From contig JAJRVL010000005.1 of the NCBI GenBank assembly GCA_024277355.1, positions 24,428 through 88,427 on the forward strand: a DNA stretch of 64,000 bases. Direction: 5' to 3'. Positions 52,134 through 60,486 of this stretch are shown here, piece after piece. The notes beneath the pieces were generated by a model. The model made no database searches. It saw only the letters and a program-made list of their open reading frames with translations, and had not been told where the DNA came from. How positions within the stretch are numbered: position 1 is the first letter of the stretch; the number at the start of each line of letters is the position of its first letter. Source of the DNA: an archaeon. GTDB taxonomy: Archaea; Iainarchaeota; Iainarchaeia; Iainarchaeales; 1-14-0-10-31-34. Both the position numbers and the translations under genes were made by a program.

Positions 52134-53948
52134 TTACACCTTGTCCTTAATCATTATTTTTGGCATTATTCCTAAAGATTTTAATTCATCTAATAATAAT
52201 TTGAATCCATAACTCATTTCAACTGGATAAACTGCACTTGAATTGCATATTGGACAGTATTTTCTGTTTCTAATTTGATCGTTAATTGCAACTATTCCGC
52301 ATTTTTCGCAGATAATTTCAATTAATTTATCTGAGTCTTCAATTAATTTTTCCTGTAATAACATTGCAGCTCCGTGTCCTACTAATGTTTCTCCTTCCAT
52401 TTCTCCAAATCTTAATCCTCCTTCTTTTTCTTTTCCTTCTGTTGGCTGTCTTGTTAAGATTTGGACTGGTCCTCTGCTTCTTGACTGCATTTTATGTGCA
52501 ACCATGTGGAATAATCTTCTGTAAGCAACAATTCCATTAAATATTTGGCCTTCTAATTTTTTTCCGCTTAAACCATCATAAAATGTTTCTTTTCCATCAG
52601 CTCTAAAGCCTGCTTCTTCAAGCATTTTTCCTATTTCTTGTCTTGAAACTGAACTAAAAGGAGTTCCATCAATTTCTTTTCCTTTTAGTGATGCTGCTTT
52701 TCCGCCTAACATTTCAATTAAATGTCCTATGGTCATTCTTGAAGGAATTGAATGGGGATTTAAAATTAAATCTGGTTTTATTCCTTCTTCTGTAAAAGGC
52801 ATGTCTTCTTCTGGAATAATTGAACCAATAACTCCTTTTTGTCCGTGTTTTGATGAAAACTTGTCTCCTACTTCAGGAATCATTAAGCTTCTGATTTTTA
52901 TTTTAACTAATTTGTTTCCTTCTAAATCTTCTGCAATAAAAACTTTATCTACAAAACCTGGTTTTCCTTTTCTTACGGTCATTGAACTTTCTCTTCTTTT
53001 TTCTTGTACTACTCCAAATTCTGATACTTCTTCTAAAAATCTTGGAGGAGAAGTTCTTCCAACTATTACATCTTTTTCTGACACAAATTCTTCTAATTCA
53101 ACTAATCCGTCTTCGCCTAATTTTTTATAGAATTCTTCTCCTAAAAATCCAATTGTTTCTTCTTTTGGGATTTCAAATTTGTCTATTTGACCGCCTGGAT
53201 ATCTTGTTTCTGCAGTTTCATAAGTTCTAAAATAAGCACTTCTTCCAATTCCTCTGTCTACTGCTCCCTGATTTAATATTACGGCATCTAAAGTATTAAA
53301 TCCATAATAAGGCATTATTGCTACAACGAGATTTTGTAATTGAGGTCTTTTATCTAATTCCATTAAATCGCTGGTTTTTGTTTTAACTATTGCTTTTTGA
53401 GGATAATGTAATAAGTGGCCTTCAGTATCAGTTCTTAAATTATAATTTATTCCTGGAATTCCTAATGCTTGTTTAAACATTTTTGCTCCATGCAATGATT
53501 TTCCAGCCATGTTGTGTTCTAAATAAGGAATTAATGAACTTACAACAGATAAAATTCCTGCTGAATCAATTTCCATATGAGTGTGTTTTTTTGTTATTTC
53601 TTCTTCGCTTGTTGCAATTAAAGTGTTTTCTTCTTCTTCTGCATCTAAGTATTCAATTATTCCTTCTTTTAGTAATACATTCCAATTAGTTTTTCCTTCT
53701 TTTAATGCTTTAATATGTTCTTCTTTTATTTTTAGTTTTCCGTTTTCTATTATTAACACAGGTCTTTGAACTCTTCCTGCATCTGAATTAATATAAACTT
53801 CTCTTGTGTCTTCGTGGAATGCAATATTAACCTGAGGATGGATTTTTCCTTTTCTTCTTTGCTGAATTAATTCTTTAGTTAATTGTTCTGGTTCTTTATG
53901 AAAACCAATCAATCTTCCGTTAATATATACTTTTACTGCTGAAACCAT
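52134..53948 (-). CDS. rpoB1: DNA-directed RNA polymerase subunit B' (C-terminal part of split Rpo2)
   Basis: GEMEGETLVGHGAAMLLQEKL and a C-terminal Zn ribbon CEKCG...CPICN. Confidence 0.95.
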   Translation of the reverse strand: MVSAVKVYINGRLIGFHKEPEQLTKELIQQRRKGKIHPQVNIAFHEDTREVYINSDAGRVQRPVLIIENGKLKIKEEHIKALKEGKTNWNVLLKEGIIEYLDAEEEENTLIATSEEEITKKHTHMEIDSAGILSVVSSLIPYLEHNMAGKSLHGAKMFKQALGIPGINYNLRTDTEGHLLHYPQKAIVKTKTSDLMELDKRPQLQNLVVAIMPYYGFNTLDAVILNQGAVDRGIGRSAYFRTYETAETRYPGGQIDKFEIPKEETIGFLGEEFYKKLGEDGLVELEEFVSEKDVIVGRTSPPRFLEEVSEFGVVQEKRRESSMTVRKGKPGFVDKVFIAEDLEGNKLVKIKIRSLMIPEVGDKFSSKHGQKGVIGSIIPEEDMPFTEEGIKPDLILNPHSIPSRMTIGHLIEMLGGKAASLKGKEIDGTPFSSVSRQEIGKMLEEAGFRADGKETFYDGLSGKKLEGQIFNGIVAYRRLFHMVAHKMQSRSRGPVQILTRQPTEGKEKEGGLRFGEMEGETLVGHGAAMLLQEKLIEDSDKLIEIICEKCGIVAINDQIRNRKYCPICNSSAVYPVEMSYGFKLLLDELKSLGIMPKIMIKDKV

Positions 53949-53952
53949 TTTA

Positions 53953-55419
53953 TCACAATTTTTTCAGTTTTACGCCCATTTCATCCAGCATTTTTTCTAC
54001 TGGTTCTTCAGGGGTGTCAACTGTAACCTCTGCTAATATACTTAAATTTTTAACTAAACCGCATTGAGGTCCGTCTGGAGTTTCAATTGGGTCTAATCTT
54101 CCCCAATGAGTTCCATGAACATCTCTTGCTTCATATAATTCTCTGTTTTTATCTAATGGGCTTTTGACTTTTCTTAAGTCAGTTAATGGAGCTAAATAAT
54201 TAACTCTTTCCATGAATTTTGAAACACCTGTTGCTCTGCCAATCCAGTTTCCTGTTGACATTGCAAACCTGATTCTTTCGCTTATTGCTCCAGGTCTTAC
54301 AACAGTTGAAATATTTAATTTTCTTCTTCTTGTTACTGTTCTGTCAATCTGGAATTTTAAGTCTTTAATAAAATATTTAAATGAATATCTAAACAAGTGT
54401 TCCATTAATTTTCCGCTTAATTCTAATCTTTTGTTTTTGTAATGGTCTTTGTCGTCTTCTTTTCTTATCCCATAACTTAATTCAATTGATTTTGTTGCCA
54501 TCATAGCTAAATAATATGCTTTAGCTAATCTGTCTTCTGCTCTTTGACCAATATGCGGAAGCAAAAAAGCATCAATTACTTCTTTTGCTCTTCTTAATCT
54601 GTATTCGATTACTTGTCCTGGTGCTACATATTTTCCTATTTTATCTAATGCATCATTTTCTTTTTTGATGTCATCTAATTCTAAATTTAATAAAATGTCA
54701 TTTGTTATTTCTTTTTCATTAGGGAAAGCGCCAATAATATCTTTGTCGTTTACTAATCCAAGTGCTTTAAGTAATACAAATAATCTTAATTTTCTTGGAG
54801 AAGAAGGAAAAGTTACATATAATACTCCATCAATACTTCTTGTAATTCTTACTCTTCCTTTAAATGCGCCTTTGGTTGAAATTACTTCTGCAATCCATTT
54901 ATCTAATTGAGTTGAAACTAAAACTCTGTCTGAAGACAATACTTCTTGTGTCATTAATGCTTTTTCTGAACCATTGATAATAAAGTAAGCTCCAAAGTCC
55001 ATTGGGTCTTCTCCTGATTCAGTTAATTCTTCTTCATTTAATCCTTCAAGCCAGCATCTGTTTGATTTAAGCATTACTGGAAGTTCTCCAATATACGCTC
55101 TTTTTTCGTCTTGTTCTACATCTCTTCTAAGTAATTTCATTGTTAAAAATAAGGGTCCTGAATAAGTTCTGTTTCTTGTTCTTGCTTCCATTGGAAAAAA
55201 ATTAGCTCTAGGACTTCCATCTGCTTCAATTATTTTTGGTTTTAATACTTCAATGTTTTCTAATTCAATTTTTACTTCTTCAATTTTAGGAACAATAGTT
55301 TTGTTTTCTTCTACTATTTCGTCTAATTTAACATCAACAAACTGATTAAATGAATCAATTTCCTGTTGGGCAATGTTTTTTGTATTAAAATAAGATTTAA
55401 TTAAAGGCCAGCCATTCAT
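53953..55419 (-). CDS. rpoB2: DNA-directed RNA polymerase subunit B'' (N-terminal part of split Rpo2)
   Basis: Rpb2 N-terminal lobe/protrusion patterns. It follows rpoH, as in archaea with a split B subunit. Confidence 0.95.
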   Translation of the reverse strand: MNGWPLIKSYFNTKNIAQQEIDSFNQFVDVKLDEIVEENKTIVPKIEEVKIELENIEVLKPKIIEADGSPRANFFPMEARTRNRTYSGPLFLTMKLLRRDVEQDEKRAYIGELPVMLKSNRCWLEGLNEEELTESGEDPMDFGAYFIINGSEKALMTQEVLSSDRVLVSTQLDKWIAEVISTKGAFKGRVRITRSIDGVLYVTFPSSPRKLRLFVLLKALGLVNDKDIIGAFPNEKEITNDILLNLELDDIKKENDALDKIGKYVAPGQVIEYRLRRAKEVIDAFLLPHIGQRAEDRLAKAYYLAMMATKSIELSYGIRKEDDKDHYKNKRLELSGKLMEHLFRYSFKYFIKDLKFQIDRTVTRRRKLNISTVVRPGAISERIRFAMSTGNWIGRATGVSKFMERVNYLAPLTDLRKVKSPLDKNRELYEARDVHGTHWGRLDPIETPDGPQCGLVKNLSILAEVTVDTPEEPVEKMLDEMGVKLKKL

Positions 55420-55658
55420 TTAACCACCATTCTGTAATAAATAGTTTTTCCTGCAGTAGGAGTCTCTCTTGTAATTCTGATTAAGTTTCCTTTTTCTGCA
55501 CCTAATTCTTCAATTACAGGATCAGACAAAAGAATTTGAGGAAATTTTTCTTTTTTTCCACCGAATTTTTTTATTATTTCTTCTGTTTCTTCTTCTTGAA
55601 CAATTTCATGAATTGGAACAATTAAATGATTCATTATAGAACTTAACTTTTTTATCAA
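55416..55658 (-). CDS. rpoH: DNA-directed RNA polymerase subunit H (Rpo5)
   Basis: 80 aa, HEIV...EE.......LP.I...DPV....GA..G.LI.I.R.S...G...YYR.VV pattern. First gene of the RNAP operon. Confidence 0.85.
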   Translation of the reverse strand: MIKKLSSIMNHLIVPIHEIVQEEETEEIIKKFGGKKEKFPQILLSDPVIEELGAEKGNLIRITRETPTAGKTIYYRMVVK

Positions 55659-55878
55659 GAGACCATCTCCGAGAGAAAAATTTTTTTTTGAGAGAATATA
55701 AAATAAATTTAAATCATGAATTGAATACTTAATGATTTAAATCAAAAGCCATGAAAATGACTAAGTAATGTAAGTCTAACAAATTAGCTTCAGAAAAGAA
55801 TTTAAAGCATTATGTTTACTTTGTTTTTTTGCTATTTAAGCTATTATTTTTTTAATCTGATTTTCCTTTTATTCTATT

Positions 55879-56535
55879 ATGAATACTTTTCCTGAAAAAG
55901 ATTTTTATCTTTTGCTTATTATTGCAAAAAAATCGGAATTAAATAATTCAATTAAAGCTTCAACTTCAGAACTTGCATTAGACTTGAATATTTCTCAACA
56001 GTCTGTTTCAAGAAAACTTTCTTTTTTGGCTGAAAAAGAATTAATTGAAAGAAAAGTTTTAGCTTCAGGAAATATTATTTCTTTAACTGAAAAAGGAAAA
56101 AATTTTTTACTTAAAAGAAAGAATGAATTAGACAAAATTTTTTCTTCAAAAAAAAACAATAAGCTTTCAGGCAAAGTAAAATCAGGATTAGGAGAAGGAA
56201 AATATTACATTAATCTTCCAGGATATCAAAATCAATTCAAAAAAAAATTAGGAAACAGGGTTTTTCCCGGAACATTAAATATTAAAATAAATGAATTTGA
56301 ATTAAATGATTTTCTTTCAGAGAAAAAAAAGATTTCAATTAAAGGTTTTTCTGATAAACAAAGAAGTTTTGGTCCGGCTTTTGTTTTCAAAGTAAAATTA
56401 AACGGCAGAATTGATGCTGCTGTAATAATTCCTGAAAGAACTAATCATCCTGAAAATATTCTTGAATTAATTTCTTCTTTTAATTTAAGGAAAAAATTAA
56501 AATTAAAAGACAATGCTTTAGTTTTTGTTTCTTAG
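55879..56535 (+). CDS. ribK: HTH domain fused to archaeal CTP-dependent riboflavin kinase
   Basis: N-terminal winged-HTH (LALDLNISQQSVSRKLSFL). C-terminal GLGEGKYYINLPGYQNQF...FPGTLNIKI matches MJ0056-type riboflavin kinase motifs. Confidence 0.75.
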   Translation: MNTFPEKDFYLLLIIAKKSELNNSIKASTSELALDLNISQQSVSRKLSFLAEKELIERKVLASGNIISLTEKGKNFLLKRKNELDKIFSSKKNNKLSGKVKSGLGEGKYYINLPGYQNQFKKKLGNRVFPGTLNIKINEFELNDFLSEKKKISIKGFSDKQRSFGPAFVFKVKLNGRIDAAVIIPERTNHPENILELISSFNLRKKLKLKDNALVFVS

Positions 56536-57026
56536 TTTTTTTTGAATGACTTTTTCATTTTGTTCAAAAAAGATTCTTTTTTCTTTTTTTCATTTTTTCT
56601 TCCTGTAAACTGAATTCTTCCTAATTCTTTTTCTGTTTCTTCAACTAATTTATTTACTTTTTCTGTTAATTTATCTTTTTTTAGTTCTGCATCTTCATCT
56701 GTTTTAAGCAATCCAATCATTTTTTCAATTGCTTTTTCTTGTTTTGTTTTGAATTCGTTTTTTTCTTGTTTTTGATCAAACTTTTTTGAAAAAGTTTGTT
56801 GGCCAATTGCTTTTTCTTGTTTTGTTTTGAATTCGTTTTTTTCTTGTTTTATTTCAGGTTCTTTATTTTCTGTTTTTTGCTCCTGTATTTCTTTGTCTTG
56901 TTTAACTTTTAATTTGTTTTCTTGTTCTGTTTTTTCTGTTTTTGTTTCTTCTTTTTGAGTTTTCTTTCCTTTAATTAAATCTATCATTTCATTTATTTCT
57001 TCTTCTTGTTTTTTTTCTTCACTCAT
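56532..57026 (-). CDS. K/E/Q-rich low-complexity protein with internal tandem repeat (QEKNEFKTKQEKAI x2)
   Basis: 164 aa, predicted coiled/disordered, with a ~45-nt direct DNA repeat inside the ORF. Confidence 0.4.
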   Translation of the reverse strand: MSEEKKQEEEINEMIDLIKGKKTQKEETKTEKTEQENKLKVKQDKEIQEQKTENKEPEIKQEKNEFKTKQEKAIGQQTFSKKFDQKQEKNEFKTKQEKAIEKMIGLLKTDEDAELKKDKLTEKVNKLVEETEKELGRIQFTGRKNEKKKKESFLNKMKKSFKKN

Positions 57027-57037
57027 TTTTTTCCCTT

Positions 57038-57967
57038 TTATTCAATTTTTAAGTAATTTTTTAATTCCATTTTTTTATTGAAAACAACATGGTATTTTCT
57101 TATTTTAATCATTACTTCTGCTTCATATCCTAACGGAGTTTTTTCAAAATTAAGTATTTGGATTTCTGTTGTTGCTAAACCATTAGTTAACTCTTTTTTC
57201 ATTCTTTGTTTTATATCTTTTTCCAAACGTGGAAATAATTCTTCAGGATTTCTTTTTCTCCAGACAACAAATATGACTCCTGTTGCAACAAGCAGAATAA
57301 ATCCTGCTGCAACAAGCAGGAAAGGAAAATCTGCTGGTTTTTCTTTTCTGAATTCTATTCGAATATAATTTGCATCAATGTTTTTTGTATCATAAAACAG
57401 TATAAACCCGTCTTTAATTGAATATCTTTCAGGATTAATTTCAACAATTTCTCCTCTGACTTTAATCCTTAAATTTTCTTTGCTTATTTCAGGAGAAAAA
57501 TAATCTTTTATTTCCGGTTCAATTATCAAAATAAACTGCTCTTTGTTTACGTCAATTAATGCAAACCCGTCTTTTATTTTGCTTAATTCTTTTATTATTT
57601 CTCTTGAATTGTCAAAACTTAATTTTAGTTTTCCATAATATTCATCTTTTTCCATTGTGCATTGAAATGAATTTTTTACTTCTTTTAAAAAAATTAATTC
57701 TGCTTTTGCAGTGTCTCTTGTGTCTTTGTCTAAGCTGTTAATGTTTGCTTCTAATGATGCTTCAGTTGAAGGAAAAAGTTTCTTTAATTCTTTTTTGCAG
57801 TCTTTAATTTCTTTTCCTTTTTCTGTTAGTTTTCCTTCATAAGTTAATTCAGTTGAAATTATTTCTTCTTTTATTTCAATAGTAGTCGTTTTTTCTGCTG
57901 ACTCAAAATAACTAATGCATCCGCTGAATAAAAGCAGTAAAATTAATACAGGGATTATTTTTTTCAT
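57038..57967 (-). CDS. Lipoprotein-like membrane protein (signal peptide with ...LLFSGC lipobox-like motif, extracellular domain, one TM, cytoplasmic tail)
   Basis: N-terminal MKKIIPVLILLLLFSGC and a TM at LLVAAGFILLVATGVIFVVW. No recognisable domain. Confidence 0.5.
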   Translation of the reverse strand: MKKIIPVLILLLLFSGCISYFESAEKTTTIEIKEEIISTELTYEGKLTEKGKEIKDCKKELKKLFPSTEASLEANINSLDKDTRDTAKAELIFLKEVKNSFQCTMEKDEYYGKLKLSFDNSREIIKELSKIKDGFALIDVNKEQFILIIEPEIKDYFSPEISKENLRIKVRGEIVEINPERYSIKDGFILFYDTKNIDANYIRIEFRKEKPADFPFLLVAAGFILLVATGVIFVVWRKRNPEELFPRLEKDIKQRMKKELTNGLATTEIQILNFEKTPLGYEAEVMIKIRKYHVVFNKKMELKNYLKIE

Positions 57968-58003
57968 TTAATAGAATTAGTTCTGTCAAATTAATAAACT
58001 TTA

Positions 58004-58180
58004 TTATAAGCGCATAAACGCAATTACGCCAAAACTGATGAAAATATAAGATAAAACCATTCCCTGTGTGCTGAAAATTAATTCATTAAAAAAAGAAATT
58101 TCAAGCAGGTTTAATGCTATTAAAACCATATAAAATAAAATCCAGAAAAAAAGCCCCTGAACCATTGAATTTTTTATCAT
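58004..58180 (-). CDS. Small 2-TM membrane protein (58 aa), module copy 1, gene b (not in ORF track)
   Basis: Hand translation gives MIKNSMVQGLFFWILFYMVLIALNLLEISFFNELIFSTQGMVLSYIFISFGVIAFMRL. Paralog of the 58543..58713 product. Confidence 0.4.
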   Translation of the reverse strand: MIKNSMVQGLFFWILFYMVLIALNLLEISFFNELIFSTQGMVLSYIFISFGVIAFMRL

Positions 58181-58540
58181 TTAAAACACGCCCATGCTGT
58201 ATAAAAATATCATTAAGAAAAAATAAATTGTTAAAACAAAAGGAATTTTTCCCTGTAATTGAGGAATGTTTTCAGTAAAAGTCAATAAAATTACTTCAAT
58301 TATATAATACACAAACAAAAATCCGCCAACTAAAATAACTATTCCTGCTGTTTCAAAAAATTCTACTGTGGAAAAAATCATAATTAATATAATTAAAAAG
58401 AACCTTAATGAAAATTTTTTGTTGTAAACAAAAGTAATCATCAATATTGCAAACACCCAGAAAATGTTATTCATAGCTAACTCTACAAACCACTGCAAGT
58501 CTAAACTTGCTAATTTTGGAATCCATTCAACTGACAGCAT
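58181..58540 (-). CDS. 4-TM membrane protein (119 aa), module copy 1, gene a
   Basis: Shares the SLDLQWFVELAMNNIFW motif and overall collinearity with 58718..59083. Confidence 0.5.
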   Translation of the reverse strand: MLSVEWIPKLASLDLQWFVELAMNNIFWVFAILMITFVYNKKFSLRFFLIILIMIFSTVEFFETAGIVILVGGFLFVYYIIEVILLTFTENIPQLQGKIPFVLTIYFFLMIFLYSMGVF

Positions 58541-58542
58541 AA

Positions 58543-58713
58543 TTACAACCTTGCAAACATTACATTAATTATAAAAAATAAAACGCCTAACCCCATCATT
58601 TCTGCTGAATAAAGTGAATCTGCAAAAATCCTTATTTCTAAAAGATTAAGGATAAACAAGACACTGAAAAAAACAAACATTATTTTTATTCCGTCTAATA
58701 CTGATTTAATCAT
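58543..58713 (-). CDS. Small 2-TM membrane protein (56 aa), module copy 2, gene b (not in ORF track)
   Basis: Hand translation gives MIKSVLDGIKIMFVFFSVLFILNLLEIRIFADSLYSAEMMGLGVLFFIINVMFARL. Confidence 0.4.
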   Translation of the reverse strand: MIKSVLDGIKIMFVFFSVLFILNLLEIRIFADSLYSAEMMGLGVLFFIINVMFARL

Positions 58714-58717
58714 TTTT

Positions 58718-59083
58718 TTACACCAAAAACAAATTATATAAAATTAATATTGTAAAAAACTGAATCAGCATGACTATTGGAAGCCTGTTTTTAAGTGAAG
58801 GGATTGCTTCAGCAAAAGTCAACACAATAAGTCTTGCTGTATAATTAATGAAAAGCAGTCCTCCAACAAGATAAACTAATCCAAGATTTCCAATAAAAGG
58901 AATACTAATCCAAAACCAAAAAATAACTACAAAAAAAGTTTTCCAGTTCCATTTTAATTCGTGATAAACAAAAGTAATCAAAATAAACAAAAATAACCAG
59001 AAAATATTGTTCATAGCTAACTCTACAAACCACTGTAAATCCAGTGAAAGCAGTCTGACAAAAAATTCAATTGCTAAAGACAT
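58718..59083 (-). CDS. 4-TM membrane protein (121 aa), module copy 2, gene a
   Basis: Paralog of 58181..58540. The two share an identical ~45-nt tract encoding SLDLQWFVELAMNNIFW. Confidence 0.5.
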   Translation of the reverse strand: MSLAIEFFVRLLSLDLQWFVELAMNNIFWLFLFILITFVYHELKWNWKTFFVVIFWFWISIPFIGNLGLVYLVGGLLFINYTARLIVLTFAEAIPSLKNRLPIVMLIQFFTILILYNLFLV

Positions 59084-59168
59084 TTAACTAACCCAAAACC
59101 CTCTATTTATGTATAAATTGGGCAAAGAAAAGCTTAAATACTCTTTTTTTAACTGGACTAAGTGAATT

Positions 59169-59918
59169 TCAAATAAATGCGATTATCAAATAAAATATTC
59201 CTAATCCAAAACAAAAATAACTAAAATTAATTTTTTTTGCTATTTCAAGCAGATATTTTATGCTTAAATAACCACTTACAAAAGCCACTAATACAGCAAT
59301 CAATAAATTCCATTCAAATGCAATTCCCTCTTTTAAGCCAAACAACACTTCAGCTAAAAAAACTGAAGGAACTGAAAGCAAAAAACTTAACTTAAATGCT
59401 TTTTGCGGAGTAAAACCTTTAAATAACAAAACTGAAGTTGTTATTCCGCTTCTGCTTATTCCTGGAAGAACAGAAAACCCTTGTCCCAATCCAAGCAAAA
59501 ATGCATTTTGTTTGGTTTCTTCTGTTTTTTTTTCTTTTTTGTTTTTCCATTGCAGTATTCCTGTTCCAATTAACATTAATCCAATTAAAACTGAAAGATA
59601 AAATGAACTAACTGAAATTTCTTTCAAAAACAAATACATTGGAATTCCGGTTATTGCAGTTGATAATACTGCAATTAAAATAAACTGCATTAAATTCCTG
59701 TTTTTTAATTCAATTATTTCTCTGAAATCTTTTCTGAAATAAATTAAAGCAGAAAGCATTGTTCCTGCATGAAGTAAAACTGAATAACTAAAAGCTGTTT
59801 CTGAGTCAATTCCAAAAACTTTTATTGCAGTAATTATTGTTTGTCCCTGCGAACTGATTGGAAGCCATTCAGTTATTCCCTGCATTAAACCTAAAACTAT
59901 TGCCTGAATTAAATCCAT
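59169..59918 (-). CDS. uppP: Undecaprenyl-diphosphate phosphatase (UppP/BacA)
   Basis: GITEWLPISSQGQ and PGISRSGITT motifs; 8 TM. Confidence 0.9.
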   Translation of the reverse strand: MDLIQAIVLGLMQGITEWLPISSQGQTIITAIKVFGIDSETAFSYSVLLHAGTMLSALIYFRKDFREIIELKNRNLMQFILIAVLSTAITGIPMYLFLKEISVSSFYLSVLIGLMLIGTGILQWKNKKEKKTEETKQNAFLLGLGQGFSVLPGISRSGITTSVLLFKGFTPQKAFKLSFLLSVPSVFLAEVLFGLKEGIAFEWNLLIAVLVAFVSGYLSIKYLLEIAKKINFSYFCFGLGIFYLIIAFI

Positions 59919-59923
59919 TTACT

Positions 59924-60187
59924 TCACTGCTTTTTGTACCATTTTTCATATTGCTTATGATTTCCTGCAAACATTATTATTCTTGTTTTTTCTTTTTCTT
60001 CAAAGCATATTCTGTATTGCCCTGATTCTAAAACAAAAAAAGGTAAACCATGTTTTAAGTGCCTTGCTTTTTCAATTGTCTTTAACTGTATTATTTTTTT
60101 CCATAGTCTTTCTTTTTCCTGTTTGTCAATTTTTCTAAAAAACTTATCCCATTCTTCAGCAAAACTTATTTCAAACAAGAAAATCAA
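59924..60187 (-). CDS. RelE/ParE-family type II toxin
   Basis: 87 aa. The C-terminal YRICFEEKEKTRIIMFAGNHKQYEKWY matches the RelE/ParE YRIIY..D...I.IL.IGHRKDVY pattern. It overlaps the upstream antitoxin by 4 nt. Confidence 0.6.
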   Translation of the reverse strand: MIFLFEISFAEEWDKFFRKIDKQEKERLWKKIIQLKTIEKARHLKHGLPFFVLESGQYRICFEEKEKTRIIMFAGNHKQYEKWYKKQ

Positions 60188-60462
60188 AACCCGTATTTTT
60201 TCTTTATTTGTTTTTCAGTTAAAACTTTTCTTTTTCCTTTTTTTATTTCTTCACTGATTTTCTTCATTTTTCTTAAAGCTAATTGGTCTTCAATTTCTTT
60301 AACATTTTTGAAAACACCATAATCTTTTCCTAATTCAAGTATTCCTGCTCTTATTACTTCGCTTTTGGTTTTGAATATTCCTGTTTCAACTAATTTATCA
60401 AGAATTATTTCTTGTGCGCCTTCAAACCTAACTAAAGTTTCTCCCATAAAATCACCTATCAA
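60184..60462 (-). CDS. Putative antitoxin (RHH/CopG-like) of the RelE/ParE pair
   Basis: 92 aa, with SEVIRAGILEL resembling an RHH helix. The small-gene-upstream, overlapping-toxin layout fits a type II pair. Confidence 0.5.
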   Translation of the reverse strand: MIGDFMGETLVRFEGAQEIILDKLVETGIFKTKSEVIRAGILELGKDYGVFKNVKEIEDQLALRKMKKISEEIKKGKRKVLTEKQIKKKYGF

Positions 60463-60486
60463 TTTGTTATCAAAAAGATATATAAA

